32,959 nucleotides of DNA from contig JAUCBJ010001368.1 of assembly GCA_032718475.1 (NCBI GenBank), forward strand, positions 1 to 32,959. The letters run 5' to 3'. Below are positions 1-12,379 of this stretch, piece after piece. The number at the start of each line of letters is the position of its first letter. Positions within the stretch are counted from its first letter, which is position 1. A program made the position numbers and the translations under genes. The notes beneath the pieces are model-generated. The model had not been told where the DNA came from, did not search any database, and saw only the letters and a program-made list of their open reading frames with translations. The DNA comes from Nemertoderma westbladi (lineage: Eukaryota > Animalia > Xenacoelomorpha).

Positions 1-1647
1 TTCGGGCTTGGTGGGTCATCAGCTTTATACACAGGAGTAATTCGGGCTTGGTGGGTCATCAGCTTTATACACAGCGAGTAATTCGGGCTTGGTGGGTCAT
101 CAGCTTTATACATAGGAGTAATTCGGGCTTGGTGGGTCATCAGCTTTCTACACAGGAGTAATTCGGGCTTGGTGGGTCATCAGCTTTATACACAGGAGTA
201 ATTCGGGCTTGGTGGGTCATCAGCTTTATACACAGGAGTAATTCGGGCTTGGTGGGTCATCAGCTTTATACACAGCGAGTAATACGGGCTTGGTGGGTCA
301 TCAGCTATATACACAGGAGTAATTCGGGTTTGGTGGGTCATCAGCTTTATACACAGGAGTAATTCGGGTTTGGTGGGTCATCAGCTTTATACACAGGAGT
401 AATTCGGGCTTGGTGGGTCATCAGCTTTATACACAGCGAGTAATTCGGGCTTGGTGGGTCATCAGCTTTATACACAGGAGTAATTCGGGCTTGGTGGGTC
501 ATCAGCTTTATACACAGGAGTAATTCGGGCTTGGTGGGTCATCAGCTTTATACACAGGAGTAATTCGGGCTTGGTGGGTCATCAGCTTTATACACAGCGA
601 GTAATTCGGGCTTGGTGGGTCATCAGCTTTATACACAGGAGTAATTCGGGCTTGGTGGGTCATCAGCTTTATACACAGGAGTAATTCGGGCTTGGTGGGT
701 CATCAGCTTTATACACAGGAGTAATTCGGGCTTGGTGGGTCATCAGCTTTATACACAGCGAGTAATTCGGGCTTGGTGGGTCATCAGCTTTATACACAGG
801 AGTAATTCGGGCTTGGTGGGTCATCAGCTTTATACACAGGAGTAATTCGGGCTTGGTGTGTCATCAGCTTTATACACAGGAGTAATTCGGGCTTGGTGGG
901 TCATCAGCTTTATACACAGGAGTAATTCGGGCTTGGTGGGTCATCAGCTTTATACACAGGAGTAATTCGGGCTTGGTGGGTCATCAGCTTTATACACAGG
1001 AGTAATTCGGGCTTGGTGGGTCATCAGCTTTATACACAGGAGTAATTCGGGCTTGGTGGGTCATCAGCTTTATACACAGCAGTAATTCGGGCTCAGTGGG
1101 TCATCAGCTTTATACACAGGAGTAATTCGGGCTTGGTGGGTCATCAGCTTTATACACAGGAGTAATTCGGGCTTGGTGGGTCATCAGCTTTATACACAGG
1201 AGTAATTCGGGCTTGGTGGCTCATCAGCTTTATACACAGCGAGTAATTCGGGCTTGGTGGGTCATCAGCTTTATACACAGGAGTAATTCGGGCTTGGTGG
1301 GTCATCAGCTTTATACACAGGAGTAATTCGGGCTTGGTGGGTCATCAGCTTTATACACAGCGAGTAATTCGGGCTTGGTGGGTCATCAGCTTTATACACA
1401 GGAGTAATTCGGGCTTGGTGGGTCATCAGCTTTATACACAGCGAGTAATTCGGGCTTGGTGGGTCATCAGCTTTATACACAGGAGTAATTCGGGCTCGGT
1501 GGGTCATCAGCTTTATACACAGCGAGTAATTCGGGCTTGGTGGGTCATCAGCTTTATACACAGCGAGTAATTCGGGCTTGCTTAAGGAGGTCGGGGTCAT
1601 CAGCTTTATACACAGGAGTAATTCGGGCTTGCTTAAGAAGGTCGGGG
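1..1647. repeat. Tandem satellite/minisatellite array 1, 40-bp unit GGAGTAATTCGGGCTTGGTGGGTCATCAGCTTTATACACA with a 41-bp GCGAG variant (~40 units, runs off the window start)
   Basis: Near-perfect head-to-tail repeats with no unique spacers; ends in variant units containing GCTTAAG(G/A)AGGTCGGGG. Confidence 0.98.
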
Positions 1648-1986
1648 AATTTCTGTGTTTGCCATGAGATGTTTATCAATTTTGATAAGTGAACTGATAT
1701 TTGTTTCGCGCCTAACTTTACAAGCTTTACTGGAAATTGATCATTGGTTGAGCTGCTTTCATTTAGTTGTAATAAATAGCCAAATAATCGAAAGATGTAG
1801 GAGCCTCCATTGTGTTGTGGTCAACATACGTTGGTCACCCCAAATCCTGTTTAAATTACTTAATAATATATTAAAATTATGTTATTACTGTCTGTATAAA
1901 TATTGAATATTGTATACATATTGAAGTAATTGAAATTTAAGCATTTTATGAAAATTGTCCCCTCTCCTCGGGTGGTCACAACACAA

Positions 1987-3447
1987 CTAATCTACTCTCG
2001 GCAGAGCTCGTATTTTATATGGTTTAGGTAAAAGTGTAAGTCCGGGAACTTGTTCATGCAAGCTGGGTAGTTCACCACTGGCAACCAGAGTAAATCTATG
2101 GAGTAGATGGCTGCTGAAGATTTTAAACTCCATTTGGGCGAGGCGTTCACCAGCGCAGATCCGAGGTCCAACTCCAAACGGAATGAATTCATCTCGCTTT
2201 CTTATAGTCGAACCGTCTTCCGATAGGAAATGCTGAGGGAAGAATTTATCGGGTTTCTCCCACACATTCGGGTCTCTTAGTATGTTCCATAAATTACCAA
2301 GAATTATATCACTGGGGTATATTGTATAGTTATTGAATTTGACTTCGCGTAGGACTTTGTGACCAACTGTTGTCGGAGCGATAACTCCAAATCTGAGAAC
2401 CTCTAACAAACAAGCCTCAAAATATGGCAACTTGGAGAAGTCGTCGATGGTTGGAAGTCTGTCTCTACCGACAACTTCATCTATTGTTCGTTGACATTTC
2501 AGCTGAATATCTGGATGTGTCACCATTATGAGGCCAAACCAGTACAATGCGCTCGTCGTTGTTTCTGATCCTGCAAGGAAAACATCTGCTATTGACTGTT
2601 CCAAGTTGAGGTCTTTATAGTAAAATGAGACATCTGGTTGCCCTAAATCAATCCACTTCTTCTCCTCTATAATATGGCAGTCAATGTAATCTCTGGGTGA
2701 TTCGAAATCAATAGACTCACGATGTTCTTTTATGATCTTTCTGAACACTTTATATATGTTTTCCAAATTTCTGTAATTATTAATATTATCACTAAGTAAT
2801 ATGTTTGATAGGAACTTCGGTATTGGGAATAATAATGGATTTATGCGAAATTGTTGATTCACTAACTTTATGAGATGGTTAAACACCTTATCTTCATAAT
2901 CAAATCTTTCAGTAAAGATAACACTACTTATGACATTAGAAACAGCTTTACCAACAATCGTATATGAATCAAATGCCTCACCATCCAGTTTATCGATCCA
3001 ATCATTCATCATACCAGCCTCTTCCACAATGCGGTCTTCGAAGCTTCTTTTACCCAGATAGAATTGTCGCAATACAGACATGAACAACTTGCGTTGATGA
3101 GACCAGACTTTTCCACTCGATAGTCCAATGCCATGTGGGTTTATTCTCCCAGGACGATGAGAAAATTGGCTACCATTTTCAACGAAAGCTTGTCTCACTA
3201 AATTAAATGAATTCAAGATAATTAAGTTATCGACAATTAGATTTAATGTAATGATATCAGAGTCGAGTTCTTTACACCATTTGGTCCAGCCTGCAGTTCT
3301 GCAACCACGGACCTTCCAACCATTGAGAAACCCTCCTATTATTGGTAACCCTGGGGGTGATGGCGGTCTATCAGCTGTAGAGCGGTTCAACAAGAAATAT
3401 ATGAATACAACAGAGCTAATGAAAATCAATATAGTCGTAAAATCCAT
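1987..3447 (-). CDS. Cytochrome P450, CYP2 clan, 486 aa, single coding exon, apparently intact
   Basis: N-terminal TM anchor, PPSPPGLPIIG hinge, WxxxR (WSHQR), I-helix AGSETT, K-helix EVLR, PQHF (PERF-like), heme motif FGVGPRICAG. Confidence 0.96.
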   Translation of the reverse strand: MDFTTILIFISSVVFIYFLLNRSTADRPPSPPGLPIIGGFLNGWKVRGCRTAGWTKWCKELDSDIITLNLIVDNLIILNSFNLVRQAFVENGSQFSHRPGRINPHGIGLSSGKVWSHQRKLFMSVLRQFYLGKRSFEDRIVEEAGMMNDWIDKLDGEAFDSYTIVGKAVSNVISSVIFTERFDYEDKVFNHLIKLVNQQFRINPLLFPIPKFLSNILLSDNINNYRNLENIYKVFRKIIKEHRESIDFESPRDYIDCHIIEEKKWIDLGQPDVSFYYKDLNLEQSIADVFLAGSETTTSALYWFGLIMVTHPDIQLKCQRTIDEVVGRDRLPTIDDFSKLPYFEACLLEVLRFGVIAPTTVGHKVLREVKFNNYTIYPSDIILGNLWNILRDPNVWEKPDKFFPQHFLSEDGSTIRKRDEFIPFGVGPRICAGERLAQMEFKIFSSHLLHRFTLVASGELPSLHEQVPGLTLLPKPYKIRALPRVD

Positions 3448-5081
3448 CTCATTGATTGTATTATGGTACTACATGTACGTACAATACAATAATATAATGA
3501 TGAAATATAATATTACGACACAGTATGCTTATGCAAATAAAAGGAAGCTGTATCACTGCTACTGCACTGCTTTCATGAAGCATAGATGTAACTAACTGAA
3601 ACCTCAATGATCGAATTAGTAGGCGTAGACACCTTCAAAATAGGTACAGAGCTAAGAATTGTACTTTACTTATAATATAGCTCAAGATCAATATCAGATC
3701 AAGGCGCTAATGGAGATTTATCCTTGACTTCAAATGTTGTCAAATATCTCAGAAAGTGTTCTACTGTTGTTTTGATGGTGTCTACCTCCACTAAATCAAT
3801 TATTGTGGATCGAATGAGCTTAATATCGGTGCAATAGGAGCACACCAGAAGTTATATAGCCCTAACTCAAATGGGGCATAAAATGTTCTTCGGGAGGCTT
3901 GAGTGCGAAGCTAGACCTACTATAATAGTATAACAAAATACAATAAAATTGTAGTAGGTCATGGTGAAGCTCGGAAAAAGATGACTGGAACCGTTTTTGT
4001 TTGATATTTATTTTATTTATAGTGCTTTATCAATAATTTGAAGCAAGCTGAAGGAAGCTGGTCCCCTCTTGTGATTCTATATAATTCCGCCTGTATCGCG
4101 TCAAATTTCAAAATTGTAGTGCCCGTGACTTTTCTCTGAGCACTGTGCCATATTTGTAATCCACAAATTCACAACATAACGAGAAAAAAAATCTTCACCC
4201 CGCCCTTCTATTGTGCAGTGCGAGTACTGATGTGTGTTGAGAGTTCTTCTCCGCATCAACCTGCTGTCTCTAATAGTAATAGCTGCCACCAGCCACAAAA
4301 TGTTATACTTTTTATACATTCTTCTCTACCTACAGTTATAAAATATTTCCATTTTCTAATAAAGTTAATAGTTTAAAGTTAAACCCACTAAACCCAGATA
4401 TGGTGTTTGTGGTCATTTTGCTCCATAACCATTGTTTGATCTATTCCCAATCACCTTCTTCACCACCATATCTCAGAGATTGACGATGATAATATTTCGT
4501 TTGGGTGGATCTATATGATTTTCATTTTTCATTTCATTCTATTAACTCCGGCCAAACTTTTATTTTTCAAACACCTCAATGCCCAGCTTTCAAAAATTAT
4601 ATTTTCAAAATTCTGTGCCGGTTACTTTTTGAATAATTTGCTTAAATATAATTAAATTAAAATCTACCAAAGGAGGCTTTTTGAATTATATTCTAAAATA
4701 TTATTGAATATATTAATATTACATTGCGGAACTACCTGATATGATAACCAACTCATCTTACTCATTTTATTGCCGTGATCTTAAACTCATTCAAACCGCA
4801 ATGGGTTGTTTTAAAAAACAGGCCTACTGTAGAGGCCTTCAAAACTATAATATAGATGAGTGATAGGTTCTCGAGATATGCAATTAAGTAATTTTACTCA
4901 CATAATATTTCGAAACAAATATTACTGTATTATATTACTTACTATACTATACTAACTCTGAGGGGAACAAAGTTACCATTGCATGGGTGCCTAGCAACCA
5001 CTAATAAGAACCAGCGCCAAAAGCTTAAATACGGTATTATTGTTTGGATTTGATGTATGAGAGGCAACACTCTTTGTACTA

Positions 5082-5250
5082 TGTGGGGCGAGCCACGAAA
5101 GTAAGCGAGCTTAGCATACAGGTACCACTACCTCAATCGGTGTGTCAGTTGTTCTGTTGTGTCCAATTTTAAACGTTAATAACTCAGCCAAATGTTAATG
5201 AAATGTAACCAAACTTGGTACACATGTAATCTGGTAAAAGTTTAGAAATT
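5082..5250 (+). mobile_element. Fragment of a Helentron/HINE-like repeat related to the 11915-12457 insertion (paralog near 14086)
   Basis: TGTGGGGCGAGCCACGAA (5082-5099) is the exact reverse complement of 12440-12457; right boundary uncertain. Confidence 0.5.
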
Positions 5251-5875
5251 TTCCAAGTTGAATTTCCGTGTGGCCTACAAGAAGCTAAGATAATAGCAGT
5301 TAATTAGTTAATTAAGTTGATTAGGGTAAAAACAGCATTTTCAACCTGCCTCTTAAAGGATATTAATTATTTTATAGTATAAGATTTAAATAATTATACT
5401 TAAAAATTATATAACTGTATTCCCGATACCCCATTCCATTATAGTTTTTAATTATTTTAAGAGAATTGCTTTAAGAAATGTGTTTTTAATTGATCTAAAC
5501 GTAATTAACTTATTAAAATGCCCTGTCTCCAGCTATACTTCCATAGCTCCCCCATTCCTTGGCATGCTTGCTAGCATAGCTGGGAAGGGGAACCAGTCCA
5601 ACCACCTCATCACTACTCAAAGGCAGCATAGGCAGCAAAGGCAGACTAATAAGCCAGCTTGGTTATTGTGTTTATCTTACAAAATGATTGGCCCAGTAGG
5701 CCTACTTAATCATTATTGTTTAGAATAATTAGCTAAATAATTTCGTTGAGGTGTTGACATGATAAATTAATATCTCAGTATTAATACTATCGGCATAAGG
5801 TAAGTTTTATACCATGGTGTGGGGTAACTTAGGACATTTTCGAAAAGTTTACTATTTTCATTTCCAAATTGAAAA

Positions 5876-6168
5876 GTAACCAACATAACCTAACAAACCT
5901 AACCAATATAACGGTGTACAGATAAACCAACCTAACCAACATAACGGTGTGCAGATATACCAACCTAACCAACATAACGGTATACACATACACCAACCTA
6001 ACCAACATAACAGTGTACAGAAGATATACCAACCTAACCAACATAACGGTGTACAGATATAACCAACCTAACCAACATAACGGTGTACAAACATACCAAC
6101 CTAACCAACACAACGGTGTACAGATATACCAACCTAACCAACATAACGGTGTAGAGATACAACGGTGT
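5876..6168. repeat. ~33-bp minisatellite (AACCTAACCAACATAACGGTGTACAGATATACC), ~9 units
   Basis: Tandem repeats seen directly; one more unit at ~6885-6935. Confidence 0.93.
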
Positions 6169-6885
6169 GCGGACACTTCCCCCCGGACAGTCCCCCCCCC
6201 CCCCCCCCCCCCCGTTCAAGTATGACACTTCCCCCTGGACACTTCCCCCCAGACACTTCCCTCCCCGGACACTCCCCCCCCCCCCCCCCCCCGACTGTTC
6301 TTAACTTCGCACATTCGTATTTTTCATTTTGTAAGGTAAACGGACCGCTTGTATCCAGACTTTGAAACAATTATTTATTAATTAGATGACTTACAAATTC
6401 CATCCCCCAAATGATATACTGTTTTTATTAACTATAGAATTATAATAATTAATTGTTTTAATTATATGTATTATTATGTAATAGTATTCTTCAAATTGTA
6501 GCAGATGGGGATGAATATTATTGTTGCAATCATAATTATACCTCTCCAGGGTAAAATATTATAATAATATAATATTAAATAAGAATTAAATAAGAATTAT
6601 ATAATATTGTAGTAATTTATATATTAATTTGGTTAACATTCAATACAGCTCCTACTTTAGGCTTAGTCAATTTATTATCTGACTATACAAACATGAATTA
6701 ATGATTTCAAAATGTTTCAAAAAGTCTTTCAACACGGGCACACAGGGAAATGCCGGGGTTTGGGGGCGAGAGCCCCCAACAAAAGAAGCGGGGGTTTGGG
6801 GGCGGCAGCCTCCAATTAAAAGAAAAACAAACAAAATTTCACTAGAAAAATGTTTCTTTTATAATTGTGAAAAACTTACCTACCG
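6163..6885. mobile_element. Composite repeat block interrupting the 33-bp minisatellite; starts with GGACACTTCCCCC subrepeats and poly-C tracts (MITE-like end)
   Basis: Minisatellite units on both sides; several GACACTTCCC motifs at 6171-6280; no matching second TIR found. Confidence 0.4.
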
Positions 6886-8210
6886 GTGTATATATATATA
6901 TACCAACCTAACCAACATATCGGTGTACAGATACACAGATACACAGATACATTTTTTAACGTTTTGTCTGTGTCTGTCGTCAGTCTGTCTCTCCAGTTGT
7001 CAGTTGAAGGCTCAAATATTATAATTCAGTAAATATTTTCATTTCATAGCCTAGTTTCTTTTATATATTCTGATAACTAAATAGAGAATAGAGTCACAAC
7101 GAAGTATGAAAAATCTAATCTTATTTTTTTCCTTCGGATACTCTTACCGCGGAAACTTTCGATAATAATAATAAGTAGAAATAATAATTAAAGATAGATA
7201 AGTAAATAATAAACATTTCAATTGTTGCTGATACAAAATCAGTCCAGTAATTGCGGGTATATACGACATTTCACGTGGTATACTTTTTGTGCCTAAGGGA
7301 AACCATGTCTTTCGCTCAGAACTTTCAAATGAAACCGAACGTACAAAGAATTTTTCAATAAATTTAGAGGTTCAATTTCAATTAAGAGGTTCTTATACAC
7401 CACATTTAACCTCAACTACACCATCTCCTGGAATACTGTCCGGCAAAACAATTGACCGCAAGTGAAATAATGTATACTGTAGTTTATTGTTTTGGTTAGA
7501 AAATACTACCACGTTAACCTGCTCCTTTCCCTTAATGTTTTTATTTAAATTAAATTAATTTTTCAAACCCACTAAAATTTATTTTGTGTTTGCGGTCAAT
7601 CCGCGCCATTGTCTCTAGTTTATAAAATGTATCAACCCGACAGCTTAGGTGGTAGGCCAGCTGATGGAATTGTAAGCACTGGGCCGTTCAAATGTTTTAT
7701 AGGTTGATGATAATGAATGAAGAGGGACCCAACTAACACTACGTTTGTCTATGGACGGTCTCCTTATAGCCAGCTTGCTGGCTTTTCTAGTTGAATCATA
7801 TTATTCTTCAACCAATAATTTACTCTTTTAGACGAATTAGTGCGTTTTTTTTGCCGGAATAACAAATTTTGTCGACGTTCTGTGCGAGATTGGCGATATT
7901 TGAAAAGATTCTGAGGCACAAATACTGTATGTTGCTCAAATTACTGAATAGCCCAAATAAAAAAGTTGGTGCATACTCGGCGAGTTGAAATCGGTGAAAT
8001 TCGACTTTAAATTTTCAAAACCGCCATTTTTCAGTTACCCCGTGATCGAAACGCCACAAAAACTATACACTCTTCTATTTTTTCTAAATCTAAACTGCCT
8101 ATTTGTCAATATGAAGTGAAATAAATGAGGACAATTGGTCATATAAAAATTTTTCAAATATCTTGCTAAATACCGGCAGGATAGAAAAGGGTCGGTAGTT
8201 TCCCGGTTCA

Positions 8211-10084
8211 AGTGGGTCATCAAATTTATACACAGCGAGTAATTCGGGCTTGGTGGGTCATCAGCTTTATACGCAGGAGTAATTCGGGCTTGGTGGGTCA
8301 TCAGCTTTATACACAGGAGTAATTCGGGCTTGGTGGGTAATCAGCTTTATACACAGCGAGTAATTCGGGCTTGGTGGGTCATCAGCTTTATACACAGCGA
8401 GTAATTCGGGCTTGGTGGGTCATCAGCTTTATACACAGCGAGTAATTCGGGCTTGGTGGGTCATCAGCTTTATACACAGCGAGTAATTCGGGCTTGGTGG
8501 GTCATCAGCTTTATACACAGGAGTAATTCGGGCTTGGTGGGTCATCAGCTTTATACACAGCGAGTAATTCGGGCTTTGTGGGTCATCAGCTTTATACACA
8601 GCGAGTAATTCGGGCTTGGTGGGTCATCAGCTTTATACACAGGAGTAATTGGGGCTTGGTGGGTCATCAGCTTTATACACAGGAGTAATTCGGGCTTGGT
8701 GGGTCATCAGGTTTATACACAGCGAGTAATTCGGGCTTGGTGGGTCATCAGATTTATACACAGCGAGTAATTCGGGCTTTGTGGGTCATCAGCGTTATAC
8801 ACAGCGAGTAATTCGGGCTTGGTGGGTCATCAGCTTTATACACAGCGAGTAATTCGGGCTTGGTGGGTCATCAGCTTTATACACAGGAGTAATTCGGGCT
8901 TGGTGGGTCATCAGCTTTATACACAGGAGTAATTCGGGCTTGGTGGGTCATCAGCTTTATACACAGGAGTAATTCGGGCTTGGTGGGTCATCAGCTTTAT
9001 ACACAGGAGTAATTCGGGCTTGGTGGGTCATCAGCTTTATACACAGCGAGTAATTCGGGCTTGGTGGGTCATCAGCTTTATACACAGCGAGTAATTCGGG
9101 CTTGGTGGGTCATCAGCTTTATACACAGGATTAATTCTGGCTTGGTGGGTCATCAGCTTTATACACAGGAGTAATTCGGGCTTGGTGGGTCATCAGCTTT
9201 ATACACAGGAGTAATTCGGGCTTGATGGGTCATCAGCTTTATACACAGCGAGTAATTCGGGCTTGGTGGGTCATCAGCTTTATACACAGGAGTAATTCGG
9301 GCTGGGTGGGTCATCAGCTTTATACACAGCGAGTAATTCGGGCTTGGTGGGTCATCAGCTTTATACACAGGAGTAATTCGGGCTTGGTGGGTCATCAGCT
9401 TTATACACAGGAGTAATTCGGGCTTGGTGGGTCATCAGCTTTATACACAGCGAGTAATTCGGGCTTGGTGGGTCATCAGCTTTATACACAGGAGTAATTC
9501 GGGCTTGGTGGATCATCAGCTTTATACACAGGAGTAATTCGGGCTTGGTGGGTCATAAGCTTTATACACAGGAGAAATTCGGGCTTGGTGGGTCATCAGC
9601 TTTATACACAGGAGTAATTCGGGCTTGGTGGATCATCAGCTTTATACACAGGAGTAATTCGGGCTTGGTGGGTCATCAGCTTTATACACAGGAGTATTTC
9701 GGGCTTGGTGGGTCATCAGCTTTATACACAGGAGTAATTCGGGCTTGGTGGGTCATCAGCTTTATACACAGCGAGTAATTCGGGCTTGGTGGGTCATCAG
9801 CTTTATACACAGGAGTAATTCGGGCTTGGTGGGTCATCAGCTTTATACACAGCGAGTAATTCGGGCTTGGTGGGTCATCAGCTTTATACACAGGAGTAAT
9901 TCGGGCTTGGTGGGTCATCAGCTTTATACACAGGAGTATTTCGGGCTTGGTGGGTCATCAGCTTTATACACAGGAGTAATTCGGGCTTGGTGGATCATCA
10001 GCTTTATACACAGCGAGTAATTCGGGCTTGGTGGGTCATCAGCTTTATACAGGAGTAATTCGGGCTTGCTTAAGGAGGTCGGGG
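8211..10084. repeat. Tandem satellite array 2, same 40/41-bp unit (~46 units)
   Basis: Seen directly; same GCTTAAGGAGGTCGGGG terminus as array 1. Confidence 0.98.
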
Positions 10085-10423
10085 AATTTCTGTGTTTGCC
10101 ATGAGATGTTTATTAATTTTGATAAGTGAACTGATATTTGTTTCGCGCCTAACTTTAAAAGCTTTACTGGAAATTGATCATTGGTTGAGCTGCTTTCATT
10201 TAGTTGTAATAAATAGCCAAATAATCGAAAGATGTAGGAGCCTCCATTGTGTTGTGGTCAACATACGTTGGTCACCCCAAATCCTGTTTAAATTACTTAA
10301 TAATATATTAAAATTATGTTATTACTGTCTGTATAAATATTGAATATTGTATACATATTGAAGTAATTGAAATTTAAGCATTTTATGAAAATTGCCCCCT
10401 CTCCTCGGGTGGTCACAACACAA

Positions 10424-11877
10424 CTAATCTACTCTCGGCAGAGCTCGTATTTTATATGGTTTAGGTAAAAGTGTAAATCCGGGAACTTGTTCATGCAAGC
10501 TGGGTAGTTCACCACTGGCAACCAGAGTAAATCTATGGAGTAGATGGCTGCTGAAGATTTTAAACTCCATTTGGGCGAGGCGTTCACCAGCGCAGATACG
10601 AGGTCCAACTCCAAATGGAATGAATTCATCTCGCTTTCTTATAGTCGAACCGTCTTCCGATAGGAAATGCTGGGGGAAGAATTTATCGGGTTTCTCCCAC
10701 ACATTCGGGTCTCTTAGTATGTTCCATAAATTACCAAGAATTATATCATTGGGGTATATTGTATAGTTATTGAATTTGACTTCGCGTAGGACTTTGTGAC
10801 CAACTGTTGTAGGAGCAATAACTCCAAATCTGAGAACCTCTAACAAACAAGCCTCAAAATATGGCAACTTGGAGAAGTCGTCGATGGTTGGAAGTCTGTC
10901 TCTACCGACAACTTCATCTATTGTTCGTTGACATTTCAGCTGAATATCTGGATGTTTATGAGGCAAAACCAGTACAATGCGCTCGTCGTTGTTTCTGATC
11001 CTGCAAGGAAAACATCTGCTATTGACTGTTCCAAGTTGAGGTCTTTATAGTAAAATGAGACATCTGGTTGCCCTAAATCAATCCACTTCTTCTCCTCTAT
11101 AATATGGCAGTCAATATAATCTCTGGGTGATTCAAAATCAATAGACTCACGATGTTCTTTTATGATCTTTCTGAACACTTTATATATGTTATCCAAATTT
11201 CTGTAACGATTAATATTATCACTAAGTAATATGTTTGATAGGAACTTCGGTAGTGGGAATAATAATGGATTTATGCGAAATTGTTGATTCACTAACTTTA
11301 TGAGATGGTTAAACACCTTATCTTCATAATCAAATCTTTCAGTAAAGATAACACTACTTATGACATTAGAAACAGCTTTACCAACAATCTTATATGAATC
11401 AAATGCCTCACCATCCAGTTTAGCGATCCAATCATTCATCATACCAGCCTCTTCCTCAATGCGGTCTTCGAAGCTTCTTTTACCCAGATAGAATTGTCGC
11501 AATACAGACATGAACAACTTGCGTTGATGAGACCAGACTTTTCCACTCGATAGTCCAATGCCATGTGGGTTTATACTCCCATGACGATGAGAAAATTGGC
11601 TACCATTTTCAACGAAAGCTTGTCTCACTAAATTAAATGAATTCAAGATAATTAAGTTATCGACAATTAGATTTAATGTAATGATATCAGAGTCGAGTTC
11701 TTTACACCATTTGGTCCAGCCTGCAGTTCTGCAACCACGGACCTTCCAACCATTGAGAAACCCTCCTATTATTGGTAACCCTGAGGGTGATGGCGGTCTA
11801 TCAGCTGTAGAGCGGTTCAACAAGAAATATATGAATACAACAGAGCTAATGAAAATCAATATAGTCGTAAAATCCAT
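10424..11877 (-). pseudogene. CYP2-clan P450 paralog with 7-bp frameshift deletion
   Basis: 1454 bp vs 1461 bp for copy 1; GTCACCA (copy 1 2519-2525) is missing between 10955 and 10956. This gives a 313-aa product lacking the K-helix and heme Cys; the C-terminal part stays open in another frame. Confidence 0.92.
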
Positions 11878-11914
11878 CTCATTGATTGTATTATGGTACT
11901 ACATGTACAATACA

Positions 11915-12338
11915 CGAAGTGGGGACTTCGCGCAGCACGAAGTTGGCAGAGCCTTAGCGAATTGACACTGTTAGGGGGTGGGTCAATTTATGCAAATAGT
12001 TGTCGTTGTCACGTTGGCCCTCTAGCGGCAGACTGGAGAACTGCAGATGGATTCGCCTCCTTTGAAAGTCACAGCTAATGGTCTAATACATATCTGCCAA
12101 GTTTCAGCTTAAACGGATTAAAAGCAAAGAAATGGGAGGGCATTTAATGTTTAGACATGTGGCCCTCTAGCGGGAGACCATTGCACTGATGGTGTCTGAA
12201 AGTCTCTCAAAAATCTCAACTTTTGCTCATATTGATACCTACAAATTTTCAACTTGGCAGCTTTAAATCCGACAAAGTTATTAGCATGTCAAAATCGTAA
12301 CGACGACGACGTCGACGACGACGACGACGACGACGACA

Positions 12339-12379
<41 letters not shown>

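Larger units (their letters stand above)
1..8074. repeat. Segmental duplication copy 1 (left end outside window)
   Basis: Colinear high identity with the 8211-22690 part of copy 2; homology ends at ...AACTATACACTCTT (8074 vs 22690). Confidence 0.93.

Noticed and set aside
1271-1600. ORFs in the satellite arrays (also 9159-10020)
   Set aside because: Translations of tandem repeats; frames open by chance from 40/41-bp unit mixing.
1-1647. CRISPR-like appearance of the 40-bp repeats (also 8211-10084)
   Set aside because: Head-to-tail units without unique spacers, no cas genes, eukaryotic context.
4971-4998. RFX X-box-like motif (GGTGCCTAGCAAC)
   Set aside because: Imperfect match in repeat-rich DNA, far from a plausible target promoter.
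10424-10966. 180-aa ORF as an independent P450 gene, or an intron rescuing copy 2
   Set aside because: It is the downstream half of the frameshifted copy; colinear with copy 1 except for the 7-bp deletion.
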